From positions 7,305-71,304 of the forward strand of contig JAUYBI010000049.1 in the NCBI GenBank assembly GCA_030693145.1: a stretch of 64,000 nt of DNA, in the 5' to 3' direction. How positions within the stretch are numbered: position 1 is the stretch's first letter; the number at the start of each line of letters is the position of its first letter. Positions 1 through 9,800 of this stretch are shown here, one piece after another. The notes under the pieces were generated by a model that saw only the letters and a program-made list of their open reading frames with translations, searched no databases and was not told the DNA's origin. A program made the translations under genes and the position numbers. The stretch is from Candidatus Omnitrophota bacterium. Lineage in GTDB: Bacteria; Omnitrophota; Gorgyraeia; Gygaellales; Profunditerraquicolaceae.

Positions 1-785
1 GTGGGGATATCGAGAATTATACAGGTTATCAATTTATCAGCGGCCCGGAACTGACGCAAAAGTTTGAAGAACATATGCGCAAATACGGCATTGCGCTTAA
101 AGAAAATGAAGAGGTTCTAGGGCTTAAGAAAACTAATGAAGTATTCTTAGTCAAGACTAATAAAGCAGATTATCAGGCCCATAGCGTGATTGTTGCCTCC
201 GGGAAAAAATCAAAAGAGCTGGGGGTTCCGGGGGAAAAAGAATTCAAGAATCACGGTTTGACCTATTGCGCTACCTGCGATGGCCCATTGTTTGCCGGCA
301 AGGTTGTGGCGGTAATCGGGGGCGGTAACTCTGCGCTGGACGCTGCCCTGCAACTGATAAAAATCGCCAAGCAGATCTATATTATAAACAATACAGAGCG
401 GTTGGCCGGGGATGCGATTATGCTCCAGAAGATCCAGGAAGCCGGCAATGTTACAATTTTAAATAATCATCAGATTAGTGTTATTTTGGGAGATAAATTT
501 GTCCGGGCGATTAAAATTAAGCATAAGGATCAGGAAAAAGAGTTAGCCATAGAGGGAGTATTTGTGGAGATTGGGCTTATTCCTAACTCCGGATTCCTTA
601 AGGACATAGAAAAGAACGCTCGGAATGAGATAAATATAAATTTAGATAACCAAACCAATATCCCGGGAATATTTGCCGCAGGTGATGTTACTAATGTTTT
701 AGAGAAACAGATTATCATTGCCGCCGGAGAAGGTGCAAAAGCCGCTTTAAGCGTTTTTCGTTATCTGTCTCAGAAAAAATTTTAG
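1..785 (+). CDS. trxB: Thioredoxin reductase (5'-truncated by window edge)
   Basis: CATCDG redox motif, GGGNSA NADPH motif, FAAGD; frame open from position 3 (GDIENYTG). Confidence 0.92.
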   Translation, partial: GDIENYTGYQFISGPELTQKFEEHMRKYGIALKENEEVLGLKKTNEVFLVKTNKADYQAHSVIVASGKKSKELGVPGEKEFKNHGLTYCATCDGPLFAGKVVAVIGGGNSALDAALQLIKIAKQIYIINNTERLAGDAIMLQKIQEAGNVTILNNHQISVILGDKFVRAIKIKHKDQEKELAIEGVFVEIGLIPNSGFLKDIEKNARNEININLDNQTNIPGIFAAGDVTNVLEKQIIIAAGEGAKAALSVFRYLSQKKF

Positions 786-874
786 AAAATAAGTTGCGGG
801 TAATTCAGGCAGTGGTACAATTAATGTATGCATGCGGCGGGGATAATGCCTTTATTTAAAGGGAGGAAAATAAG

Positions 875-1096
875 ATGAGGGAGAGAATTGAAAAGGCGCT
901 GGATAAAGTCAGGCCGATGTTAATGGCTGATGGCGGGAATGTGGAATTAATTGATGTTACGGCTGAGGGAGTAGTTAAATTAAAACTAAAAGGAAGCTGC
1001 GGGTGCTGCCCGATGAGTTCGATGACTTTAAAAAATGGGATTGAAAAGATCTTAAAGCAGGAAGTTCCGGAAATAAAAGAAGTCATCGCTTTATAG
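875..1096 (+). CDS. NifU/NfuA-like Fe-S carrier domain protein
   Basis: VRPML.ADGGNVEL and G.CGCCP motif. Confidence 0.9.
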   Translation: MRERIEKALDKVRPMLMADGGNVELIDVTAEGVVKLKLKGSCGCCPMSSMTLKNGIEKILKQEVPEIKEVIAL

Positions 1097-1109
1097 AATA
1101 AATTTTACC

Positions 1110-1916
1110 ATGGTGCTTCAGGATAAGCTTAATCGCCTTAAGCGTATAATTCTTGCGTATAAATCAACTCTCGTAGCATTTTCCGGAGGCCAGGACAGCG
1201 CGTTGCTGCTAAAGATTTGCGCGTTGGTGTTGCCGCCGGATAAAATTCTGGCCGTTACCGCTGTTTCGGCTACTTATCCTCAAGGTGAGCTAGCCAAGGC
1301 AAAAATGCTGGCTAAAGAGATCGGGGTAAGGTTTGAGGCAATCAATACCCGTGAGCTGGATAATAAAAAGTTTGTGGCTAACCCGGTTAAACGCTGCTAT
1401 TTTTGCAAGCAGGAGCTTTTTTTAAAGTTGATTGCTATTGCCAAGCAGAATAAATTGCATTCTGTTTTGGAGGCAAGCAATCTTTCCGATAAAAAAGATT
1501 ACCGGCCCGGAAATATTGCTAAGCGCCAACTTAAAATAAAATCACCTCTAATCGAAGCGGGTTTTAATAAAGAGGATATCCGTAGATTAAGCAGGAAGCT
1601 GGGCCTTTCCAGCTGGAATAAGCCGAGCCTTGCCTGCCTGGCTTCACGTATACCTTACGGCACTAAAATTACTGCCGGCCTGCTTAAACGTATTGATCAG
1701 GCGGAGGTATATTTGAGCAGCTTGGGTTTTAAGCAGGTGCGTTTACGCCATTATAATGGCCTTTGCCGTATTGAAGTGGATAAAAAAGATATCCCCCGCC
1801 TGTTAAAGAAGCGCCAGGCGGTAGTTGAGCGTTTAAAAGATTTAGGGTATAATTATATCACCTTGGATTTAGAGGGGTATCGTACGGGCAGTTTAAATGA
1901 GGTAATTGCTAGATGA
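1110..1916 (+). CDS. larE: ATP-dependent sulfur transferase LarE
   Basis: PP-loop SGGQDS, RCYFCK, ACLASRIPYG, GYRTGSLN. Confidence 0.9.
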   Translation: MVLQDKLNRLKRIILAYKSTLVAFSGGQDSALLLKICALVLPPDKILAVTAVSATYPQGELAKAKMLAKEIGVRFEAINTRELDNKKFVANPVKRCYFCKQELFLKLIAIAKQNKLHSVLEASNLSDKKDYRPGNIAKRQLKIKSPLIEAGFNKEDIRRLSRKLGLSSWNKPSLACLASRIPYGTKITAGLLKRIDQAEVYLSSLGFKQVRLRHYNGLCRIEVDKKDIPRLLKKRQAVVERLKDLGYNYITLDLEGYRTGSLNEVIAR

Positions 1917-3085
1917 AAAAGGTATATTTAGATTATGCGGCAACTACGCCTACGGATCCGGAAGTTATCGCGGCGATGGAACCGTATTTCTTTGAGAAGT
2001 TTGGCAATGCCTCAAGTTTGCATGCTTACGGCCAGGAAGCCAAGAAAGCTCTTGAGGATAGCCGCCAGACACTGGCGGATTTTATCGGCGCAAAACCCGA
2101 GGAGATTGTTTTTACCTCCGGCGGCACAGAGTCGGATAATTCTGCGCTTTTAGGTGTGGCCCACGCTTTAGAGAAAAAGGGCAATCATATTATTACTTCG
2201 GAGATTGAGCATCATGCTATTAGTGAACCGGCGAATTTCCTGGAAAAGAAAGGGTTTAAAATTACTTATCTGGGAGTAGATAAAGACGGACTGGTTTCTG
2301 TCGAGGACTTAAAGAAAGCAATTACCGATAAAACTATTCTGATCAGCGTTATGCACGCGAATAATGAAATCGGCACGCTTGAGCCGATTGCGCAATTAGG
2401 CAAGCTGGCCAGAAATAAAGGAATTTATTTTCATACGGACGCAGTACAGACCGTGGGGCATATTCCGGTAAATGTCGATGAGCTGAATGTGGACCTTTTA
2501 TCGCTTTCAGCCCATAAGTTTTACGGGCCCAAAGGAGTGGGGGCTTTGTATATTAGAAAAGGCACGCGTTTAGAAACATTCTTGCGCGGCGGAGATCAGG
2601 AAAGAGGCCGGCGCGCTTCCACGCATAATATTACCGGAATAGTGGGTTTAGCTTGCGCCATTGAGCTTTGTAAAAATAAAATGGAAGATGAGATTAAATT
2701 TCAGAGCGCCCTGCGCGATAGATTAATTAAAGAAATCCCTGTTAGAATTCCTGAGGTTAGGCTTAACGGGCATCCTACGCAAAGATTGCCCAACAGTGTA
2801 AATTTTTCCATTAAATACATCGAAGGCGAATCCATGCTTTTAAGCCTGGATATGTTGGGGATTGCCTGTTCTACCGGCTCCGCCTGCACTTCCAGCTCTC
2901 TTGCGCCATCGCATGTTTTATTGGCGATTGGTTTAGATCATGAGACGGCGCACGGTTCTCTGAGGATTACCCTGGGGCGCTGGACCCGCCAGAGTGATAT
3001 AGATTATCTTTTGGAAAAATTACCTCTGGTTGTGCAAAAGCTGCGCGCCATGTCCCCGCTTTACCCTTCTAAAGAAAATCACTAA
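1913..3085 (+). CDS. iscS: Cysteine desulfurase NifS/IscS
   Basis: YLDYAATTP, SAHKFYGPKG, STGSACTS. Confidence 0.95.
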   Translation: MKKVYLDYAATTPTDPEVIAAMEPYFFEKFGNASSLHAYGQEAKKALEDSRQTLADFIGAKPEEIVFTSGGTESDNSALLGVAHALEKKGNHIITSEIEHHAISEPANFLEKKGFKITYLGVDKDGLVSVEDLKKAITDKTILISVMHANNEIGTLEPIAQLGKLARNKGIYFHTDAVQTVGHIPVNVDELNVDLLSLSAHKFYGPKGVGALYIRKGTRLETFLRGGDQERGRRASTHNITGIVGLACAIELCKNKMEDEIKFQSALRDRLIKEIPVRIPEVRLNGHPTQRLPNSVNFSIKYIEGESMLLSLDMLGIACSTGSACTSSSLAPSHVLLAIGLDHETAHGSLRITLGRWTRQSDIDYLLEKLPLVVQKLRAMSPLYPSKENH

Positions 3086-3092
3086 TGAAGAA

Positions 3093-4049
3093 ATGAAAGA
3101 AAAAATACTCGATTATTTAAATAAAAAACATGATTATCTTTCCGGGGACCAGATCAGCAAACATCTGGGGATTAGCCGCCAGGGTTTATGGAAGCACATC
3201 CAGGAGCTCAAGGATTCCGGTTACCAGATAGCCGCTGTCCCGCATTTAGGCTATCGCCTTGAATCTTGCCCGGACAGGCTTTTTGTTTTTGAAGTCGCTC
3301 GCTCCCTGAATACAAAATTTGTCGGTAAGAAGATTCATTATTTTGATTATCTGGCTTCTACGATGGATTTCGCCATGCAATTGGGTGTGGAGGGGGCTGC
3401 GGGCGGCAGTTTGGTGTTGGCGGAATCGCAAATTAAAGGCCGCGGTAGATTAGGCCGTAGCTGGTTCTCGCCCAAATACAAAGGAATTTATCTTTCTTTA
3501 ATTTTAAGGCCTAAGATTCTGCCTGCTGCTTGCCCGATATTAACTTTAATGAGCGCAGTAAGCATCTGTGAGGCGGTAAAAGAGGTTATTGATCTGGATG
3601 CGCAGATTAAGTGGCCGAATGATGTGCTGATCCATAATAAAAAGGTTGCTGGTATTTTGACGGAGATGAATGCGGAAGTGGATAAGGTGAATTTTGTGGT
3701 GATCGGTATGGGTTTGAATGTAAATAATGATAAGAAATCTTTGGTTGCCCAGGCTACTTCATTAAAGGAGCAGCAGGGTGAAGAAATAAGCCGCGTGGTT
3801 TTATTGCAGGAACTTTTGCGCCGGATAGAAAGCAATTATCTTCTCCTGGAAGATAAGGGAAGCAGTGAGATCATTAATAAATGGCGTAATTTTAATCTTA
3901 CTTTAGGTACGCGCGTTAAGGTTTGTTACCAGGATAAACATATCGAAGGCCAGGCCACCGATATCGATGCCGATGGCTCCCTGCTTATCCGTAAAGACTC
4001 CGGGTTGATTCAAAAGATTTCCAGCGGAGATGTAATGCACTGCCGGTAA
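3093..4049 (+). CDS. birA: Bifunctional biotin ligase/repressor BirA
   Basis: N-terminal HTH, GRGRLGRSW, KWPND, KVAGIL; start placed at ATG 3093. Confidence 0.95.
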   Translation: MKEKILDYLNKKHDYLSGDQISKHLGISRQGLWKHIQELKDSGYQIAAVPHLGYRLESCPDRLFVFEVARSLNTKFVGKKIHYFDYLASTMDFAMQLGVEGAAGGSLVLAESQIKGRGRLGRSWFSPKYKGIYLSLILRPKILPAACPILTLMSAVSICEAVKEVIDLDAQIKWPNDVLIHNKKVAGILTEMNAEVDKVNFVVIGMGLNVNNDKKSLVAQATSLKEQQGEEISRVVLLQELLRRIESNYLLLEDKGSSEIINKWRNFNLTLGTRVKVCYQDKHIEGQATDIDADGSLLIRKDSGLIQKISSGDVMHCR

Positions 4050-4061
4050 TGTAAACCGTTA

Positions 4062-5468
4062 GAATAATGGGACCGTTTCTATTTTTCAATCAAGTTAGAC
4101 GAAAGAAAAATAGAAACGGTCCCAAGTTTTTCCTAGTTTTTATTTTTAGTTAGATTTCCCCTCTTTTTGCGTCAATTATAGTAGAAGGGGGGATTTTTTA
4201 TGCCAAAACAAGGCAGTAGCTTTTTAATAATAAATAAAAAGTTTCGGGAGGCGCAAATATGACGAAGATGGTGAGTAGCGAGTATTTAGGTTTATTAAAA
4301 GCAGTCCGGGAACGCGTCCGTTCCGCGCAATATAGCGCGTTGAAAGCGGTAAATAAGGAATTGATACATCTTTACTGGGATATTGGCAAGATGATTGTTG
4401 AACGGCAGTTTAAGCACGGATGGGGCAAAGCTATTGTGGAAACGCTGGCGCGGGATTTGCAAGCGGAGTTTCCGGGGATGCAGGGATTTTCTGCCAGGAA
4501 TATCTGGTATATGCGGATATTTTATGTGACATACCGGAAAAACGGAAAACTGCAACCATTGGTTGCAGAAATAAGCTGGACGAAACATTTGATAATTATT
4601 GACCGTTGCCGCGATGATTTTGAGCGTGAATTTTATATTCGCATGACCCGTAAGTTTGGCTGGACAAAAAATGTCCTGATTCATCAGATAGACAATCAGG
4701 GCTACAAGAAGACAATGGTTAATCAGACGAATTTTGATAAAGCTCTTCCTGAAAAAATTAAAAATCAGGCAAAACTGGCAGTTAAAGATGAGTACACCTT
4801 TGATTTTCTGGAACTTGGAGAAAAGCATAGCGAGATGGAGCTTGAGCGGGCATTGATTGTTAAAGTTAACCAATTTCTTGTTGAAATGGGCGGTACTTTT
4901 GCCTTTATGGGGAATCAGTTTCGGCTGGAAATAGACGGTGAGGAATTCTTTATTGATATTTTACTTTATCACAGGCGGCTTAAACGTCTTGTGGCGGTTG
5001 AGCTCAAGGTGGGTAAATTTCTACCGGAGTATGTAGGTAAGATGCAGTTTTACCTTGCGGCGTTGGACAATATGGTTCGGGAAAAGGGCGAGAATACTTC
5101 TATTGGGATCATTCTTTGCAGAGATAAAAAACGCACGATTGTTGAATACGCACTTAAAGAGAGTAAAAAACCTATTGCGGTTTCTCAATATCGGATTACC
5201 TCGACTTTACCGAAAAACTTACGGAAAGAATTGCCTGCGCCTGAGCAGATACGAAAGCTATTTAATGAGATTTAAGGAATAAGTATGTCACAAAAGAACA
5301 ATATATTGAATTTGTAGTTGATGGCAGTATAATAAATACGCAGAGGCTGCATAGGTAGCAGTTTATCGGTAATCAAGCTTTTGTTCAGGAATCAGAACAG
5401 CTGAAACAATGGGACCGTTTCTATTTATCATTGCAGGGATTGGAAAAATAGAAACGGTCCCATTATTC
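4062..5468. mobile_element. Non-autonomous element with 26-bp TIRs and 17-bp target duplication carrying DUF1016
   Basis: TIR GAATAATGGGACCGTTTCTATTTTTC at 4062-4087 with perfect reverse complement at 5443-5468; direct repeat GGTAATGTAAACCGTTA at 4045-4061 and 5469-5485. Confidence 0.8.
4259..5275 (+). CDS. DUF1016/YhcG family PD-(D/E)XK nuclease
   Basis: LYWDIGK, GFS.RN, KDEY.FDFL, IDILLYH, VELK, GKMQFYL. Confidence 0.92.
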   Translation: MTKMVSSEYLGLLKAVRERVRSAQYSALKAVNKELIHLYWDIGKMIVERQFKHGWGKAIVETLARDLQAEFPGMQGFSARNIWYMRIFYVTYRKNGKLQPLVAEISWTKHLIIIDRCRDDFEREFYIRMTRKFGWTKNVLIHQIDNQGYKKTMVNQTNFDKALPEKIKNQAKLAVKDEYTFDFLELGEKHSEMELERALIVKVNQFLVEMGGTFAFMGNQFRLEIDGEEFFIDILLYHRRLKRLVAVELKVGKFLPEYVGKMQFYLAALDNMVREKGENTSIGIILCRDKKRTIVEYALKESKKPIAVSQYRITSTLPKNLRKELPAPEQIRKLFNEI

Positions 5469-5473
5469 GGTAA

Positions 5474-5525
5474 TGTAAACCGTTAAATAAAATTAAGTTG
5501 ACAATAGCCCCACTCTGATTATACT
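5474..5525 (+). promoter_or_regulatory. BirA operator overlapping the bio operon promoter
   Basis: TGTAAAC-N16-GTTGACA at 5474-5503 fits the bioO consensus; TTGACA 5498 and TATACT 5520. Confidence 0.85.
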
Positions 5526-5563
5526 AAATTTAGGGAGTGGGGATTTTTTTTAAAGAGGAGACT

Positions 5564-6481
5564 ATGGAAAAGAAAGATATTGATAAACTTTTGGAATTGC
5601 CTTTAGCCGAACTTATTGCCAGGGCGGATAAGGTACGCAAGCGGTTTGCCGGCAATAAGGTTGAGCTGTGCAATATACTCAATGCCAAGAGCGGTTTATG
5701 TCCTGAGGATTGCAAATTTTGCGCTCAATCCGCTAGGCATAAAACCGGCGCAGGAGCGTATCCTCTAAAAAGCAAAGCGGAGATGTTGGAAGCGGCAAGG
5801 CGCGCCAAAGAGATAGGGGCGGAGAGATTTGATATTGTGACTAGCGGGGATAAATTATCGCCGGAAGATTTTGGCGTTATTGTCGATGCAATTAGGGCCA
5901 TAACCGCGGAGGTTAAAATCAAGATGTGCGCTTCGTTGGGGAGCCTGGGAGATAGAGAGTTCTCTTTACTTAAAGAGGCCGGGCTTTCACGTTATCACCA
6001 TAATCTTGAGAGTTCCCCTCGATTTTTCCCAAAGATAGTTTCCACACATACGTTTGAGGATAGGTTAAAGACGATTAAGGCCGCTAAGAAGTCTGGCCTG
6101 GAGGTTTGTTCCGGAGGCATTATCGGCATGGGTGAAACAATGGATGACCGGATTCAGATGGCGCTGATTTTGAAAGAGCTAAAAGTTGATTCTGTTCCGC
6201 TGAATATATTAGTTCCGATAGCCGGAACACCATTGGCAGATAATCCGGTCTTGTCTGGTGAGGAAGTAATCCGAACCATTGCGATCTTTAGAATTATTTT
6301 GAAAGATAAAATAATAAAAATTGCCGCAGGCCGGGAATCGATATTCAAAGATTTTCAAGCCTTAGGATTTATGGCGGGAGCAAACGGTATGCTTATCGGC
6401 GGGTATCTGACGATTAAAGGAAGGTCTGTGGAAGAGGACCGCAAACTGGTTGACCAGGTTGAGAAATTATGGCAGGCATAG
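5564..6481 (+). CDS. bioB: Biotin synthase
   Basis: CPEDCKFCAQS radical SAM motif, YHHNLE, SVPLN; SD GAGGAG before ATG 5564. Confidence 0.96.
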   Translation: MEKKDIDKLLELPLAELIARADKVRKRFAGNKVELCNILNAKSGLCPEDCKFCAQSARHKTGAGAYPLKSKAEMLEAARRAKEIGAERFDIVTSGDKLSPEDFGVIVDAIRAITAEVKIKMCASLGSLGDREFSLLKEAGLSRYHHNLESSPRFFPKIVSTHTFEDRLKTIKAAKKSGLEVCSGGIIGMGETMDDRIQMALILKELKVDSVPLNILVPIAGTPLADNPVLSGEEVIRTIAIFRIILKDKIIKIAAGRESIFKDFQALGFMAGANGMLIGGYLTIKGRSVEEDRKLVDQVEKLWQA

Positions 6482-7620
6482 AAGAATTTTTAAAAGAGAG
6501 GCAGGAGCAGGGGTTGCTTAGGAGATTAAAACCCGCCTCTTTGCGCCTGGGAGGTAAGATCTATTTTGAAAATAAAGAATATGTTGATCTTTCCTCCAAT
6601 GATTATTTGGGATTATCCAACCATCCGGAACTAAAAAAAGCGGCAATTGCGGCAATGGCTAAATTCGGCGTGGCCAGTTGCGCTTCACGGTTATTAAGCG
6701 GTGATTCAGCACTCTTCCGGGAGTTAGAAGATGCGGTAGCCAGATTCAAAGGCAAAGAAGCGGCTCTTGTCTTTAATTCCGGCTATCAGGCAAATGTCGG
6801 CATTATCAGCGCGCTTTTTACAAGAGGAGATTGTATTTTTTCCGACCGGCTTAATCATGCCAGCATTATTGACGGGATACTTCTGTCGCAAGCCAGAATC
6901 TTTCGTTTTCAGCACAATGATCCTGGGCATCTGGAGGCGCTTTTAAAAAAAGAAAGAGCTAAATTCAAGAACGCCTTGATTATCAGTGAATCGATTTTTA
7001 GCATGGATGGCGACAGGGCGCCGCTAAAAGAATTGGTGGGATTAAAAGAAAAATATAATTGCCAAATTATGGTTGATGAGGCGCACGCAACCGGGGTTTT
7101 TGGAGAGAATGGAAGCGGTTTGGTTGAAGAGGAAGGATTAAGCGCGAGGATAGATTTGATTATGGGTACTTTTAGCAAAGCCTTGGCTGGTTTCGGAGCC
7201 TACCTGGCTACTTCCCAGAGTATCGTTGATTATCTGGTGAATACCTGCAGGAGTTTTATCTATTCTACCGCCTTGCCTCCGGCGGTGATTGCCGGTAATT
7301 TAGCCAGCCTGAAATTGATTAAGGAAGAGCCGTACCGGCGCAAAACACTTTTGTCGATGGCGAAAATGTTGCGCGATAAATTAAAAGAAAAGGGTTTTTG
7401 TCCTAAAGGCGCATCACAAATTATCCCGTTAATCCTGGGAGATAATTTAAGGGCAGTTGAATTTGCCAAAAAAGTTCAAGAGCAGGGTTATTGGGCTTTA
7501 CCGGTAAGGCCTCCGACCGTACCTGCCGGGCAGGCGCGCTTAAGGCTTTCCTTGAGCTATGATCATAACCAGGAAACTTTAAATAAACTAATCGATGTTC
7601 TCTCTGCAATCAGAATTTGA
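6469..7620 (+). CDS. bioF: 8-amino-7-oxononanoate synthase
   Basis: SSNDYLGL, SMDGD, DEAHA, TFSKA, RPPTVP. Confidence 0.95.
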   Translation: MAGIEEFLKERQEQGLLRRLKPASLRLGGKIYFENKEYVDLSSNDYLGLSNHPELKKAAIAAMAKFGVASCASRLLSGDSALFRELEDAVARFKGKEAALVFNSGYQANVGIISALFTRGDCIFSDRLNHASIIDGILLSQARIFRFQHNDPGHLEALLKKERAKFKNALIISESIFSMDGDRAPLKELVGLKEKYNCQIMVDEAHATGVFGENGSGLVEEEGLSARIDLIMGTFSKALAGFGAYLATSQSIVDYLVNTCRSFIYSTALPPAVIAGNLASLKLIKEEPYRRKTLLSMAKMLRDKLKEKGFCPKGASQIIPLILGDNLRAVEFAKKVQEQGYWALPVRPPTVPAGQARLRLSLSYDHNQETLNKLIDVLSAIRI

Positions 7621-8296
7621 ATTCCGCGACCGGGGTTTTAAGGAGACTTTAGTCTTAATCCCCGGTTGGGCAACTGACTGGCGGATATTTGATGGTTTGG
7701 AATTAGATTATAATTACCTTTTGCCAACCAAGCTAGATACTTCTGATTTTAATCGGCAACTTTTAAGCCGGATGGAGCAACTCAAAATCAGCAAGGTCTC
7801 TGTGCTTGGTTTTTCTTTAGGTGGGTTTTTAGCCACCGAGTTTGCCTCTGCCTATCCTGAGAAAATAACCAAACTTATTCTTTTAGGCGTGCGCAAGTGT
7901 TATACACCGCAATTATTGGGAAATATTAGAAGCCAAATTCAGTCAGACCGGCGGCCCTGGCTCTATAAATTCTATCTTAATTGTTTTTCCAAGGCGGATG
8001 TCTGTGGCCGGGAGTGGTTTAAGAAGAATTTATTAAAAGATTATCTGGATAAGTTAAGCTCCGATGAACTCATCCAGGGGCTGGATTATTTAGCCGCTCA
8101 AACGTTAAACCTCAGGATTCTGAAAAGGATAGAGGATATCAGTATATTCCACGGCAGCGATGATTTGATCGCGCCGGTAGAGGGGGCTTTAGAGATCAAA
8201 GCGGATTTACCACAAGCCAAATTTATGCTGCTTGCGGATAGAGGGCATCTGTTTTTCTTAAGCGGTGATTTTAGGGAAAGGTTCTACCATGGATAA
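7595..8296 (+). CDS. Alpha/beta hydrolase, probable pimeloyl-ACP methyl ester esterase (BioH/BioG-like)
   Basis: PGW, GFSLG nucleophile, HG..D, GH; lies between bioF and bioC. Confidence 0.8.
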   Translation: MFSLQSEFEFRDRGFKETLVLIPGWATDWRIFDGLELDYNYLLPTKLDTSDFNRQLLSRMEQLKISKVSVLGFSLGGFLATEFASAYPEKITKLILLGVRKCYTPQLLGNIRSQIQSDRRPWLYKFYLNCFSKADVCGREWFKKNLLKDYLDKLSSDELIQGLDYLAAQTLNLRILKRIEDISIFHGSDDLIAPVEGALEIKADLPQAKFMLLADRGHLFFLSGDFRERFYHG

Positions 8297-9053
8297 GTCC
8301 AAGATTGCCAATAATTTCTCCCGCTACGCGCATCTTTACGATAAATATGCCGCTGTGCAGAACCAGGCCGCTTTTAAACTGGCAACTTCTTTAAAAAACG
8401 ATAATTTTTCCAAGATCTTGGAGTTGGGTTGCGGAACAGGCAATTATACGCTTATGCTCCGGGAGAGGTTTACCCACGCAAGAATCAAGGCCGTGGATAT
8501 TTCAGAGGAGATGATTTCCTTAGCGCAAAACAAATTAAAGCATAAAAATATTGAGTTTATGGTTGCGGACGCAGAAAAGATAATTCCGGATAAGGATTTT
8601 GACCTGATTACCTCCAACGCCTGTTTCCAGTGGTTAAATGATCTGGCTAAAGCCCTGCGAGGATACGCGAAATCACTGCGCCGAGGAGGATTTATTAATT
8701 TTTCAATATTCGGCCCGGATACTTTTTGTGAATTGAATACGGCATTAAAAAGCGTCCTGGAAGAAAGCCGCCTGGATTCAGTTTATTTTTGTAACCGCGC
8801 CAGCCTCAAGGAAATGCTTAAAGATAATTTTAAATCTGTAAAGGTAAATGAGGTTTGCTATAAAGAAAGCTTTGGGAGCCTGAAAGAATTATTGGAGAAA
8901 ATAAAATATTCCGGGATTAGGGGAAACGGTTTAAGCAAAGAAGTTTATTTTAGCCGCGGGTTGTTAGAGAGGTTGGAAAAGGCGTACCGGGATAGATTCC
9001 AGGAAATTGGCGTTACTTATCAGGTATTTTTTTGCCGGGGAGAAAAACGATGA
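8289..9053 (+). CDS. bioC: Malonyl-ACP O-methyltransferase
   Basis: FSRYA..YD, LELGCGTG, SN...QW; start probably MDKSK. Confidence 0.9.
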   Translation: MDKSKIANNFSRYAHLYDKYAAVQNQAAFKLATSLKNDNFSKILELGCGTGNYTLMLRERFTHARIKAVDISEEMISLAQNKLKHKNIEFMVADAEKIIPDKDFDLITSNACFQWLNDLAKALRGYAKSLRRGGFINFSIFGPDTFCELNTALKSVLEESRLDSVYFCNRASLKEMLKDNFKSVKVNEVCYKESFGSLKELLEKIKYSGIRGNGLSKEVYFSRGLLERLEKAYRDRFQEIGVTYQVFFCRGEKR

Positions 9054-9126
9054 CCCATTCGACGCGGCCGCCGACGGCGGCCTTGCTCAGGGTCATGGTG
9101 AACAAGTGAAACGAGTTGAACCATGA
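9050..9126. repeat. ATGA-junction palindromic element (copy 1)
   Basis: ATGA-CCCATTCGAC...GCTCAGGG-TCAT-GGTGAAC...GTTGAACC-ATGA between bioC stop and bioD start. Confidence 0.8.
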
Positions 9127-9800
9127 AGGGGATATTTATTACCGGCACGGATACCGGGGTAGGTAAATCCATAGTTACCGGGCTTTTGGCGAAATATTTA
9201 CGGGAAAAAGGCTATAAGGTAGTAACTCAGAAATGGGTGCAGACCGGCAGCCGTTTTAGCGCGGATATTAATCTGCATCTTAAAATCATGGGTGTATCTA
9301 AAGGCGCAATTAAAGATCATCTTGATTGCGTTTGTCCTTACATATTTAAACTGCCTGCCTCTCCGCATTTAGCCGCCAAAGTTGAGAATAAAAAAATCGA
9401 TATCGCCAGGATCAAGCAAAGCTTTAAATCATTATCCGCAAAATTTGATTTTGTGATTGTCGAGGGGATTGGTGGTTCGCTGGTCCCGTTAAATGAAAAA
9501 CGTTTGGTGATTGATATCGCCAGGGAGCTTGGCCTGCCGGTGTTAATAGTAGCGCAAAATAAATTAGGCGCGATAAATCATATCCTGATGACTATTGAAG
9601 TTTTAAAATATAGAAAGATGAAAATTTTGGGCATAGTGTTCAATAATTGCCCAGGCCAGAATAAATTAATCCTTCGGGATAATCCGGAGATTATCCGGAA
9701 AATGACCAAACAAAACATACTGGGTGTTTTACCCCGGAATAATAGGCTGGGTTTATTATACAAAAAATTTTTACCGATAGCCGCAAGGATAATCTTATGA
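9123..9800 (+). CDS. bioD: Dethiobiotin synthase
   Basis: FITGTDTGVGKS, VEGIGG, LGAINH. Confidence 0.95.
   Translation: MKGIFITGTDTGVGKSIVTGLLAKYLREKGYKVVTQKWVQTGSRFSADINLHLKIMGVSKGAIKDHLDCVCPYIFKLPASPHLAAKVENKKIDIARIKQSFKSLSAKFDFVIVEGIGGSLVPLNEKRLVIDIARELGLPVLIVAQNKLGAINHILMTIEVLKYRKMKILGIVFNNCPGQNKLILRDNPEIIRKMTKQNILGVLPRNNRLGLLYKKFLPIAARIIL

Noticed and set aside
4050-4100. Second BirA operator after birA
   Set aside because: Only one half-site, explained by the target duplication
4295-4873. 192-aa minus-strand ORF and the other antisense or nested ORFs in the track
   Set aside because: They overlap well-supported genes and show no recognisable motifs; shadow ORFs
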